From positions 3,598,001 through 3,662,000 of the forward strand of contig NC_086101.1 in the NCBI RefSeq assembly GCF_963921235.1: a DNA stretch of 64,000 bases. Direction: 5' to 3'. The notes beneath the pieces were generated by a model. The model saw only the letters and a list, made by a program, of their open reading frames with translations. It was not told the DNA's origin and made no database searches. This DNA comes from Mobula hypostoma (lineage: Eukaryota). Shown in pieces: positions 38,608 through 50,739 of this stretch. The position numbers were made by a program, and so were the translations under genes. Position 1 is the stretch's first letter, and the number at the start of each line of letters is the position of its first letter.

Positions 38608-39610
38608 TAAGACCATAAGACAGAGGAGCAGAATTAGGCCATTTAACCCATCGAGTCTGATACACCAGTCCATCATGACTGATCCCGGATCTCACTCAAC
38701 CCCACACACCTGTCTTCTCCCCATATCCTTTGATGCCCTGACCGATCAAGAAACCATGAATTTCCGCCTTAAATATACCCACGGACTTGTCCTCACCCAC
38801 AGTCTCTGGCAGAGTATTCCATAGATTCACTTCTCTGGCTAAATAAAAAAAAACATCCTCTTTACATTTATTCTAAAGGGTTACCCCCAATTGTGAGGCT
38901 GTGCCCCCAGGTTCTGGATACCCCCACCATAGGAAGCATCCTCGCAACATCCACTCTATCTAGTCTTTCAACATTCCGTAGGTTTCAATGAGATTCCCCC
39001 CTCCCACCCACCACCTTGCATTCTTCAAAATCCCGGTGAGTTCAGGCCTAAAGCTGCGAAACGCTCCTCATATGTTAACAGCTTCATTCCTGGAATCATC
39101 CTGGTGAACCGCCTCTGGACTCTTTCCAATGACAACACATCCTTTCTGAGACAAGGGGCCCAATACGTCAAGTGCAGCCTGACTAGAGTCTTAAAAAGGC
39201 TCAGCATTACTCCTCGTTTTTTATATTCTATTCTCCTTGAAATTAATGTCCACATTTCATTTGCCTTCTTTACCACAGATTCAGCCTGTAAAATTAACCT
39301 TCTGGTAGTTTTGCACGAGGACTCCGAAGTCTGTTTACACCTATGATGTTTAAATTTTCTCCCCATTTAGATAATAGTCTGCACCTTTTTCCCCTTTACC
39401 AAAATGTACTATTATACATTTTCCAACACTGTATTCCAACTGCCATTTTTTGGCCCATTTGTCTAAGTCCTGCTGCAATCGCATTGCTTTCTCAGCACTA
39501 CATACCCCTCCACCTATCTTTGTATCATTTGTAAATTTTTCCAGAAAGCCATCAATTCTATTATCTAAATCGCTGACAATGCGACAAGTCGTCGTCCCAA
39601 TACTGACTCC
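38608..39610 (-). mobile_element. Older CR1 3' region (continues at 40571-40766 and 42641-43235)
   Basis: ORF 39025-39366 (LERVQRRFTRMIPG); tail cataagaccataaga. Confidence 0.8.
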
Positions 39611-39853
39611 TGCTACGAACCCACAGGTTTCGTTTACTGTGGACTGTCACTTTAAGAGCGCCTGAGTGAAGCGGGACTATGACGTCAGTCACAGGCTGCT
39701 GCGAACTTAAACTCATAAACGGAGAGAGAGAGAGAGACAGAGAGAGACAGAGAGAGAGAGAGAGACAGAGAGAGAGAGTGAGAGAGAGTGAGACAGAGAG
39801 AGAGAGACAGAGACACAGGGAGAGAGAGAGAGACAGAGAGAGAGAGACGGAGA

Positions 39854-39899
<46 letters not shown>

Positions 39900-40570
39900 G
39901 AGAGAGAAAGAATGAGAGAGGGAGGGACAGAGACAGAGAGAGAGAGAGAGAGAGAGTCTGGGGAAGCCGGTAGCTTCAGCTTGTCACAGCTGGGGATTGG
40001 AACTCTCTTGTGCCCACACGGGTGGGTTAAACATCGGCGCGGAGTGCATACCGAATGTGTGACTGTCACTGTTTGGGGGTATCTTGTGGGACCACTTTGG
40101 TAGCCCTTGCCTGGGTCTGTTGTGTGGTAACCACTGGAAGACGATATTCCCGTGACGGGTCACTTTCGGTGATCATTCGGATGTGGATTTGGAACGACAG
40201 GACGGACAGGATCTGCGGGGACTGTTATCTCGTTTTACCAACGTGGAATCTGTGGAATACTTCGTACTTACCTTGTCTCTGCGTTTCACCTTGGATTACA
40301 AATATCTCTCTCCCATCATTTATCACGTGGATTACTGAACTTTCCTACTGAACCATCTCAAGTCTCTAAACCTTGTTCCCCCAAGCTCAATGGTTCGTGA
40401 GTTATATTTACACACATATATACACATAACACTGTTAACTTTTGTTTATCTTGGTTAAGTTACTATATTATAAATAGTTACTAATAAAGATAATGGTTTA
40501 AACATCAAAACCAGACTCAGTGTAAAATCCCTTGCTGCTGGTTTGTTTCAAAACGTTACAGTTCGTAACA
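39611..40570 (+). mobile_element. Solo LTR containing a GA microsatellite
   Basis: TGCTACGAAC...GTTCGTAACA termini, AATAAA ~40483, interrupts CR1; imperfect TSD (CTCC/CCTC). Confidence 0.75.
39721..39956. repeat. (GA)n / (GAGACA)n microsatellite
   Basis: Directly visible in the sequence. Confidence 0.95.
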
Positions 40571-41099
40571 CCTCCGAGGAAAACCACAATTCACTGACAG
40601 CCAACCAGAAAAAGCCCCTCTTATTCCCAGTCTCTGCCTCCTGCCTGTCAGCCGTTCTGCTATCCATGTCAGTATATTTCCAGTAACGCCATCGGATTTT
40701 ATCTTGTTCGCAGCCTCATGTGTGGCATGGCAGAATCAAGTGATTCTTGAAAGATCATAACCAACGTGGTGAGAGGGCACAGGTGAGTGAGTGGGCCCAG
40801 TGAAGGAGTGGAGCTTTGAGGCGTTGAATCGAGAGGCTTCGACATGAAGAGGCGGAATATGAGCTTGTTCAAAGTTAGTTTTTACAAAGTCTCCTGAGAT
40901 GGTCATGTGCCTCTCATGTGAGATGTGGCAGTCTTGGGGGAACTCCCCTCTCCCGCCAAGTCTCTGTGATATCGGCAATATTGTTTTACCTGGTGATTGG
41001 GTTCTGAGGCAAACAATGAGGATAAGCAGAGTGGCATTAGGTGGACACTATTCTCTACTTTAGAAGACCTTGACTTTGCGGATGATCTCGCATTACTAT

Positions 41100-41722
41100 C
41101 GCATACTGGTGGACTGGTCTAAGAACACTGAGGTTGTCTACAAGAAGGGTCAGAGCCGTCTCTATTTCCTGAGAAGACTGAGGTCCTTTAACATCTGCTG
41201 GACGATGCTGAGGATGTTCTACGAGTCTGTGGTGGCCAGTGCTATCATGTTTGCTGTTGTGTGTTGGGGCAGCAGGCTGAGAGTAGCAGACACCAACAGA
41301 ATCAACAAACTCATTCGTAAGGCCAGTGATGTTGTGGGGATGGAACTGGACTCTCTCATGGTGGTGTCTGAAAAGAGGATGCTGTCTGAGTTGCATGCCA
41401 TCTTGGACAATGTCTCCCATCCACTACATAATGTACTGGGTGGGCACAGGAGTACATTCAGCCAGAGACTCATTCCATCGAGATGCAACACATAGCATCA
41501 TAGGAAGTCATTCCTGCCTGTGGCCATCAAACTTTACAACTCCGCCCTTGGAGGGTCAGACACCCTGAGCCAATAGGCTGGTCCTGGACTTATTTCGTAT
41601 TTTACTGGCATAATTTACATATTACTATTTAACTATTTATGGTATTATTACTATTTATTATTTATGGTGCAACTGTAAGGAAAACCAATTTCCCCCGGGA
41701 TCAATAAAGTATGACTATGACT
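41100..41722 (+). mobile_element. Rex1/Babar-like LINE 3' end
   Basis: ORF 41070-41495 (KKGQSRLYFLRRLRSF, FYESVVAS, HPLH); AATAAA followed by a (TATGAC)n tail. Confidence 0.85.
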
Positions 41723-41777
41723 ATTACAAATATCTCTCGCCCATCACTTATCACGTGGATTACTGAACTTTCCTACT

Positions 41778-42388
41778 ATAGAAACCATAGAAACTACAGC
41801 ACAGAAACAGGCCTTTTGGCCCTTCTTGGCTGTGCCGAACCATTTTCTGCCTAGTCCCACTGACTTGCACACGGACCATATCCCTCCATACACCTCCCAT
41901 CCATGTATCTGTCCAATTTATTCTTAAATGTTAAAAAAGAACCTGCATTTACCACCTCGTCTGGCAGCTCATTCCATACTCCCACCACTCTCTGTGTGAA
42001 GAAGCACCCCCCCCCAATGTTCCCTTTAAACTTTCCCCCCCTCACCCTTAACCCATGTCCTCTGGTTTTTTTCTCCCCTTGCCTCAGTGGAAAAAACCTG
42101 CTTGCATTCACTCTATCTATACCCGTCATAAATTTATATACCTCTATCAAACCTCCCCTCATTCTTCTATGCTCCAGGGAATAAAGTCCTAACGTATTCA
42201 ACCTTTCTCTGTAACTGAGTTTCTCAAGTCCCGGCAACATCCTTGTAAACCTTCTCTGCACTCTTTCAACCTTATTTATATCCTTCCTGTAATTTGGTGA
42301 CCAAAACTGAACACAATACTCTAGATTCGGCCTCACCAATGCCTTATACAACCTCATCATAACATTCCAGCTCTTATACTCAATACTT
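41778..42388 (-). mobile_element. CR1 subfamily B 3' end
   Basis: ORF 41851-42360. Confidence 0.9.
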
Positions 42389-42427
42389 TGGTTAAGTTAC
42401 TATATTATAAGTAGTTACCGATAAAGA

Positions 42428-42562
42428 TGCAAACACGAGGAAATCTGCAGATGCTGCAATTTCAAGCAACACGCATATAAATTGCTGGTGAACGCAGCAG
42501 GCCATGCAGCATCTCTAGGAAGAGGTACAGTCGATGTTTCGGGCCGAGACCCTTCGTCAGGA
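42428..42562 (-). mobile_element. Short Penelope terminal-repeat insertion with partial hammerhead
   Basis: Reverse strand begins TCCTGACGAAGGGTCTCGGCCCGAAACATCGACTG. Confidence 0.75.
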
Positions 42563-43835
42563 GCGGTTTTAACATCAAAACCAGACTCAGTGTAAAATCT
42601 CTTGCTGCTGGTTTGTGTCAAAACGTTACAGTTTGTAACACCTCCGAGGAACACCACAATTCACTGACAGCCAACCAGAAGAAGCCCCTTTTATTCCCAC
42701 TCTCTGCCTCCTGCCTGTCAGCCATTCTGCTATCCATGTCAGTATATTTCCAGTAACGCCATCGGATTTTATCTTGTTAGCAGCCTCATGTGTGGCATGC
42801 CAGAATCAAGTGATTCTTGAAAGATCATAACCAACGCATCTGCTCTCACTTCAGCAACCTCTTTCAGAACTCTGGCATGCAGTCCATCTGGCCAAGGGGA
42901 CTTATCATCTGAAGATCTTTCGGTTTGTTTAGCTCTTTTTCCTTTGTAGTAGCAATGGCACTCACTCCTGCTCCCTGACACTCACGGACGTCTGGCACAC
43001 TGCTAGTGATTCCACAGTGAGGACTGATGCAAAGTACCCATTAAGGTCATCTGCCATTTCTTTGCCCCCATTACTACCTCACCAGCATCATTTTCCAGTG
43101 GTCCAATATCAACTCTCATCTCCCTTTTACCCTTCATAGAATTGGAAAAAAAACTTTTGTTTTTCCGCTTAATATTATTTCTTAGACTGCCCTTGTATTG
43201 CATCTTTTCCCTTCTTACAGCTTTTTTTGGTTGCCATATCGCTGGGCTGAGGTGTCTAGACTAAATAAACATACATATTATGTGCCGTTGTAGTTTACCG
43301 ATATTCGATGTGGATTTGTTGACTTGTATGCATCAAGCCGCGCTGTCCAGATGGCGGTGGGTGGGGGCGGGTGGGGGGGTGGGGGTAGGTGGGCTTCGGG
43401 ACTCTTTTTCCGTGATTGTGATCTTGTGTGCATTTACTGTGTGTGACTGTTGCTATGTGTCTTTACACCTTGTCCCAGCAGTAACGCCGTCTCGTTTGGC
43501 TGTTCATGAGTATTCATATGTGGTTAAATGACAATTAAACTTGAATTGAGTTGAAGAGGAAGAATGGACAGATTCTAATATTGAGGACCTTCACCGATCA
43601 GAGGAGAGAAGCACAAACTAGGATTCCGGGGGAAGAGAGTGGAAAATGGCTGGTCGATGAAACTTTTCTTGGTGTAGAATTTAGGAGATACAATTGCATC
43701 CATACTCACATTAATTGTCCAATAATTTCATCTGTTGATAGAATACTAACCTTAATAAACAGTATCTAACATTATTGTTAAGGAATTGATTCAAATGGAT
43801 GACTCTACACGGACTGTGGCAGCTTGAGTCGCTCA

Positions 43836-45545
43836 TTTCTGCGTCTGTATTTACTAAGGAAACTGACATGAAATCTATAGAATTCAGGGAATCAAGTAGT
43901 GAGATCATGGAAACTGTACAGATTGAAAAGGAGGAGGTGCTTGCTGTCTTGAAGAAAATTAAAGTGGATAAATCCCCGGGACCTGACAGAATGTTCCCTC
44001 GGACCTTGAAGGAGACTAGTGTTGAAATTGTGGGGGCCCTGGCAGAAATATTTAAAATGTCGCTGTCTATGGTGAAGTGCCGGAGGATTGGAGAGTGGCT
44101 CATGTTGTTCCGTTGTTTAATAAAGGATCAAAAATTAATCCGGGAAATTATAGGCCGGTAAGTTTAACGTCGGTAGTAGGTAAGTTATTGGAGGGAGTAC
44201 TAAGAGACAGAATCTACAAGCTTTTGGATAGACAGGGACTTATTAGGGAGAGTCAACATGGCTTTGTGCGTGGTAGGTCATGTTTGACCAATCTATTGGA
44301 GTTTTTCGAGGAGGTTACCAGGAAAATGGATGAAGGGAAGGCAGTGGATATTGTCCACATGGACTTCAGTAAGGCCTTTGACAAGGTCCCGCATGGGAGG
44401 TTAGTTAGGAAAATTCAGTCGCTAGGTATACATGGAGAGATGGTAAATTGGATTAGACATTGGCTCGATGGAAGAAGCCAGAGAGTGGTGGTAGAGAATT
44501 GCTTCTCTGAGTGGAGACCTGTGATTAGTGATGTGCCACAGGGATCAGTGCTGGGTCCATTGTTATTTGTCATCTATATCAATGTTCTGAATGATAATGT
44601 GGTAAATTGGATCAGCAAGTTTAATGATGATACAAAGATTGGAGGTGTAGTAGACAGTGAGGAAGGTTTTCAGAGCCTGCAGAGGGACTTGGACCAGCTG
44701 GGAAAATGGGCTAAAAAATGGCAGATGGAGTTTAATAGTGACAAGTGTGAGGTATTGCACTTTGGAAGGACAAACCAACGTAGAACATACAGGGTTAATG
44801 GTAAGGCACTGAGGAGTGCAGTAGAACAGAGGGATCTGGGAATACAGATACAAAATTCCCTAAAAGTGTCGTCACAGGTAGATAGGGTCATAAAGAGAGC
44901 TTTTGGTACATTGGCCTTTTTAAATCAAAGTATTGAGTATAAGAGCTGGAATGTTATGATGAGGTTGTATAAGGCATTGGTGAGGCCGAATCTGGAGTAT
45001 TGTGTTCAGTTTTGGTCACCAAATTACAGGAAGGATATAAATAAGGTTGAAAGAGTGCAGAGAAGGTTTACAAGGATGTTGCCGGGACTTGAGAAACTCA
45101 GTTACAGAGAAAGGTTGAATACGTTAGGACTTTATTCCCTGGAGCGTAGAAGAATGAGGGGAGATTTGATAGAGATATATAAAATTATGATGGGTATAGA
45201 TAGAGTGAATGCAAGCAGGCTTTTTCTTCTGAGGCAAGGGGAGAAAAAAAACCAGAGGACATGGGTTAAGGGTGAGGGGAGAAAAGTTTAAAGGGAACAT
45301 TAGGGGGGGCTTCTTCACACGGAGAGTGGTGGGAGTATGGAATGAGCTGCCAGACGAGGTGGTAAATGCGGGTTCTTTTTTAACATTTAAGAATAAATTG
45401 GACAGATACATGGATGGGAGGTGTATGGAGGGATATGGTCCATGTGCAGGTCAGTGGGACTAGGCAGAAAATGGTTCAGAACAGCCAAGAAGGGCCAAAA
45501 GGCCTGTTTCTATGCTGTAGTTTCAATGGTTTCTATGGTTTCTAT
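43836..45545 (+). mobile_element. Young CR1 subfamily B
   Basis: ORFs 43799-44161 and 44077-45291 (RT); tail ttctatggtttctat. Confidence 0.95.
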
Positions 45546-45920
45546 TTCGCACTTTTCAAGGACACTCGGTGGGCAGTAAATGTTGGTGCTGCTGTCGACG
45601 CCCACATTCCGGAAACAATGAATTCTTGCCACTCATTTTATACTTTTCCAGCACTCCAGCGTTTATTTATTATTTGTATCTCTGACTGGACGCCTGTGAC
45701 TAGTGATGTGCCCCAGGGATCGGTGCTGGGTCCATTGTTGTTTGTCTTCAACATCAACGATCTGCATGATAGTGTGGTAACCAGAGTCATCAGATCGGGG
45801 CACAGTGGACAGCGAGGAAGACTATCAAAGCTCACAGCGAGATCTGGTCCAGCTGGAATAATAGACTGAAAACGGCAGATGGAATTTAATGGAAACAAGT
45901 GAGGTGTTGCACAGACACCT

Positions 45921-46022
45921 CACACAAAATGCTGCAGGAACTCAGCAGGCCCGACACGTCGACTGTACTCTTTTCCATAGATGCTGCCTGGCCTGCTGAG
46001 TTCTTCCAGCATTTTGTGTGTG
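45921..46022. mobile_element. Penelope terminal-repeat hairpin insert inside an old CR1 (45675-46770)
   Basis: Inverted arms CACACAAAATGCTGCAGGAACTCAGCAGGCC (45921-45951) and GGCCTGCTGAGTTCTTCCAGCATTTTGTGTG (45990-46020). Confidence 0.7.
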
Positions 46023-46796
46023 TCACTAGGACTTACAGGGTGAATGTTAGTGCACTGAGGAGTATCGTATAACAGAGGTATCTGGGAATACAGATCCAGA
46101 ATTCCCTAAAAGTGGCGTCTCAGGTGCAAAAGTTGTAAAGAAAGTGTTTGGCATAGTGTCCTTTTATATATCAAAGTACCCTTTGAGTTCTGGAGTTGGG
46201 ATGTTATGTTGAAGTTGCATAAGATGTTGGTGAGGCCTAATTTGGAGTATTGTGTGCCCTCCTGGTCACCAAGCTACAGGAAAAATATCAATAAGATCTA
46301 AAGACTACAGAGAAAATTTACAGGGATCTGTCAGGACGTGAGGACCTAAGCCACTGGGAAAGGTTGAATAGGTGAGGACAATTCCCTGGAGCTCAGGTGA
46401 ACGAGGACCGATTTGATAGAGATCTACTCAATTATGAGTGGAACAGTATATATCGGGTAAATACATGCAGAGTTCTCTACTCTGTTTGGATGGGACTACA
46501 ACTACAGTTCACAGGTTAAGGGTGAAGGGTGAAACATGTCAGGGGAAGCTGGAGTGTTTACTGAGAGAGTGGGGCGAGTGTGGAACGAGCTGCCTGTGGA
46601 AATGATTCTATTTCATTATCTAAGTTTGGGTAAGTTCATGCATGGGAAGGGTATGGTGGACTATTATCCAGGTGCAGGTCAGTGAGACTCGGCAGAATAA
46701 CAGCACGCACAGACTAGATGGGCCGAAGGGTCAGTTTCTCTGCTGTAGTGCTCTGTGATTCGATAACTATTTCCAGAAACTGTTCTTTTACATATT

Positions 46797-47690
46797 GTAA
46801 ACAACAGGAATTCTGCAGATGCTGGAAATTCAAGCAACACACATAAAAGTTGCTGGTGAACGCAGCAGGCCAGGAGGCATCTCTAGGAAGAGGTGCAGTC
46901 GACGTTTCAGGCCGAGACCCTTCGTCAGGACTAACTGAAGGAAGAGTGAGTAAGGGATTTGAAAGTTGGAGGGGGAGGGGGAGATCCAAAATGATAGGAG
47001 AAGACAGGAGGGGGAGGGATGGAGCCAAGAGTTGGACAGGTGATAGGCAAAAGGGATACGAGAGGATAATGGGACAGGAGGTCCGGGAAGAAAGACAAGG
47101 AGCTGGAGGCGGGGGGGGGGTGCGGGGGGGGGACCCAGATGTGGAATTAAAATGTGTGGCCACTGGGAGATCCGGCTTTCTCTGGCGGACAGAGTGCAAA
47201 ATGGTCTCCCAGTCTGCGTCGGGTCTCGCCAATATATAAAAGGCCACATCGGGACCACCGGACGCAGTATATCACCCCAGCCGACTCACAGGTGAAGTGT
47301 TGCCTCACCTGGAAGGACTGTTTGGGGCCCTGAATGGTGATAAGGGAGGAAGTGTAAGGGCATGTGTAGCACTTGTTCCGCTTACACGGATAAGTGCCAG
47401 GAGGGAGATCAGTGGGGAGGGATGCGGGGGGGGGGGTGTTCGAATGGACAAGGGAGTTGCGTAGGGAGCGATCCCTGCGGAATGCAGAGAGAGCGGGGGA
47501 GGGAAAGATGTGCTTAGTGGTGGGATCCCGTTGGAGGTGGCGGAAGTTACGGAGAATAATATGTTGGACCCGGAGGCTGGTGGGGTGGTAGGTGAGGACC
47601 AGGGGAACCCTATTCTCAGTGGGGTGGCAGGAGGATGGACTGAGAGCAGATGTACGTGAAATGGGGGAGATGCGTTTGAGACTGCATTGG
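46797..47690 (-). mobile_element. Penelope-like element 3' part (Neptune-type linker, GIY-YIG) with terminal repeat
   Basis: ORF 47147-47734 contains RVPLVLTYHP, CKRNKCYTC and VIYCVRWSRCGLLYIGET; terminal repeat at ~46797-46950. Confidence 0.9.
46896..46933 (-). ncRNA. Minimal type I hammerhead ribozyme motif in the PLE terminal repeat
   Basis: Reverse strand reads TAGTC-CTGACGA-A-GGGT(CTCG)GCCT-GAAA-CGTC^GACTG. Confidence 0.7.
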
Positions 47691-47705
47691 CGCTGCTTCC
47701 TGCAT

Positions 47706-50250
47706 GCATTGATTAATAAAGGCCAATGTACCAAAAGCTCTCTTTACGACCCTATCTACATGTGACGCCACTTTTAGGGAATTTTGTATCTGTATTCCCA
47801 GACCCTCTGTTCTACTGCACTCCTCAGTGCCTTACCATTTACCCTGTATTTTCTATCTTGGTTTGTCCTTCCAAAGTGCAATACCTCACACTTGTCTGTA
47901 TTAAACTCCATCTGCCATCTTTTAGCCCATTTTCCCAGCTGGTCCAAATCCCTCTGCAAGCATTGAAAACCTTCCTCACTGTCCACTACACCTCTAATCT
48001 TTGTATTATCAGCAAACTTGCTGATGCAATTTACCATATTATCTTCCAGATCATTGATATAGATGACAAATAACAATAGACCCAGCACTGATCCCTGTGG
48101 CACACCACTAGTCACAGGTCTCCACTCTGAGAAGCAATCCTCTACTACCACTCTTTGGCTTCTTCCACTGAGTCAATGTCTAATCCAATTTACCACCTCT
48201 CCATGTATACCTAGCGACTGAATTTTCCTAACTAACCTGCCATGCGGAACCTTGTCAAAGGCCTTATTGAAGTCCATGTAGACAATATCCACTGCCTTCC
48301 CTTCATCCACTTTCCTGGTAACCTCCTCGAAAAACTCCAAAAGATTGTTCAAACATGACCTACCACGCACAAAGCCATGTTGACTCTCCCTAATAAGTCC
48401 CTGTCTATCCAAATACTTGTAGATCCTGTCTCTTAGTACTCCCTCCAATAACTTACCCACTACCGACGTCAAATTTACCGGCCTATAATTTCCCGGAAAC
48501 AACAGGACGTTAACGTTAACGTCGACTGCACCTCTTCCTATAGATGCTGCTTGGCCTGCTGTGTTCACCAGCAACTTTGATGTATGTTGCTATGATTTCC
48601 CGGATTACTTTTCGATCCTTTTTTAAACAACGAAACAACATGAGCCATTCTCCAATCCTCCGGCACCTCACCCGTAGACACCGACATTTTAAATACATCT
48701 GCCAGGGCCCCTGCAATTTCAACAGTAGTCTCCTTCAAGGTCCGAGGGAATACTCTGTCAGGTCCCGGGGATTTATCCACTTAAATTTTCCTCAAGACAG
48801 CAAGCACCTCCTCCTTTTCAATCTGTAGTTTCCATGATCTCATTACTTGTTTCCCTTAATTCCATAGACTTCATGCTAGTTTCCTTCATAAATACAGACG
48901 CAAAAAACCCATTTAAGATCTCCCCCATTTCTTTTCGTTCCGCACATAGCCGACCACTCTGATCTTCAAGAGGACCAATTTTATCCCTTACAATCATTTT
49001 ACTCTTAATATACCTGTAAAAGCTCTTTGGATTATCCTTCACTTTGACTGCCAAGGCAACCTCATGTCTTCTTTTAGCGCTCCTGATTTCCTTCTTAAGT
49101 ATTTTCTTGCACTTTTTATACTCCTCAAGCACCTTATTTACCCCCTGTTTCCTATACATGTCATACAACTCTCTCCTTCTTTATCAGAGTTGCAATATCC
49201 CTTGAGGACCAAGGTTCCTTATTCCTTTTCACTTTGCCTTTAATCCTGACAGGAACATACAAGCTTTGCACTCTCAGAATTTCTCCTTTGAAAGCTTCCC
49301 ACTTACCGATTACTTCCTTGCCAGAGAGCAACCTGTCCCAATCCACGCCTTTTCGATCCTTTCTCATTTCTTCAAATTTGGCCTTCTTCCAGTTTAGAAC
49401 CTCAACCCTAGGACCAGTTCTATATTTATCCATGATCAAGTTGAAACTAATGGTGTTATGATCACTGGACCAAAGTGTTCCCCTACACAAACTTCCGTCA
49501 CTTGTCCTAACTCGTTTCCTAATAGGAGATCTAATATTGCATCCTCTCTAGTTGGTAACTCTATATATTGATTTAGAAAACTTTCCTGAACACATTTTAC
49601 CAAACTCTAACCCATCTAGATCCCTAACAGTATGGGAGTCCCAATCAATATGAGGAAAATTAAAATCCCCTACCACCACAACTTTATGTTTCCTGCAGTT
49701 CCCTGCTATCTCTCTGCAGATTTGCTCCTCCAATTCTCGCTGACTACTGGGTGGTCTATAATACAAACCCACTAATGTGGCCATACCTTTCCTGTTTCTC
49801 AGCTGCACCCATAAGGACTCAGTAGACAAGCCCTCTAATCTGTCCTGCCTGAGCACTGCTGTAATATTTTCCCTGACAAGCAATACTGCCCCCCCCCCAC
49901 AACACCTTTCATTCCTCTGCCTCCATCACATCTGAAACATTGGAACCCTGGAATATTAAGCTGCCAGTCCTGCCCCTCCTGTAGCCAAGTTTCACTAATT
50001 GCTATAACGTCATAATTCCACGTGTCAATCCACGCCCTCAACTCATCCGCCTTCCCCGCAATACTCCTAGCATTGAAATATATACACCTCAGAAGATTTT
50101 ACCACCACTCACAACCTTTCTATTTGTGGCTTTGCTTGAACTTTTAACATCATTTATTTACACCCCAGCCCCACTGTCAGCTCTGGCACTCTGGTTTCCA
50201 TCCCCCTGCAAATCTAGATTAAAGCCTCCCCAATAGCACTAACAAACCTC
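47706..50250 (-). mobile_element. CR1 subfamily B, APE endonuclease to RT, 3'-truncated
   Basis: ORFs 49835-50041 (ISETWL), 49548-49883 (GDFN), 48173-48574 and 47774-48151. Confidence 0.9.
48498..48590 (+). mobile_element. Short Penelope terminal-repeat insertion
   Basis: 14-bp TSD TATAATTTCCCGGA / TATGATTTCCCGGA (48484-48497, 48591-48604). The insert is an inverted AACAACAGGA plus CGTTAACGTT filler plus AACGTCGACTGCACC... Confidence 0.8.
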
Positions 50251-50708
50251 CCGTTTGTCGCCAAACAATTGATACTAGAACGTACAATCATCATAGCGAT
50301 ATTTGATTCTGCGCTTCCCGCTCCCTGGATCTTCCGGCTGTTCATCATCCTCATCCTCACATTGATGGCGGCACTGCAATGAACTGAACTTTCTCACATT
50401 AATCAGCTGTATTGGCGGAGTCCTGAATTCAGGACATTCACAAAGATGAACCACTGGTTTACAAAGCGTAGAACATCAGACGGGAGAAAAAGCGGATGTT
50501 GGAAAAATCAATAAACTTCCCACCTTCCACACCCATCTTCACTTTAAGCACAGGCACGTAATCTGATCTCGCCAATCACCCTTGGCTCCACACACAGACA
50601 CTGATCCTGAAGCGGACCTTTCTATCCCGAGTTATAGTTCTGTTCCTAATACGATTCTAAAATCCTCCACCACTCACCTTTACAAATCTGAGAGACTGCC
50701 GGAGAAGG

Positions 50709-50739
50709 TGCATTTCCCTGTGCGGCCAGCAGGTGGGGG
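50709..50739 (+). promoter_or_regulatory. Candidate CTCF site with upstream module
   Basis: TGCATTTCC-CTGTG-CGGCCAGCAGGTGGGGG. Confidence 0.4.

Noticed and set aside
39679..40069. ER/RE-rich and SL-rich ORFs
   Set aside because: Translations of the GA microsatellite.
39611..42640. Full-length LTR retrotransposon with paired LTRs
   Set aside because: Both LTR ends are followed by the same host CR1 flank and there is no gag/pol between them, so it is a duplication.
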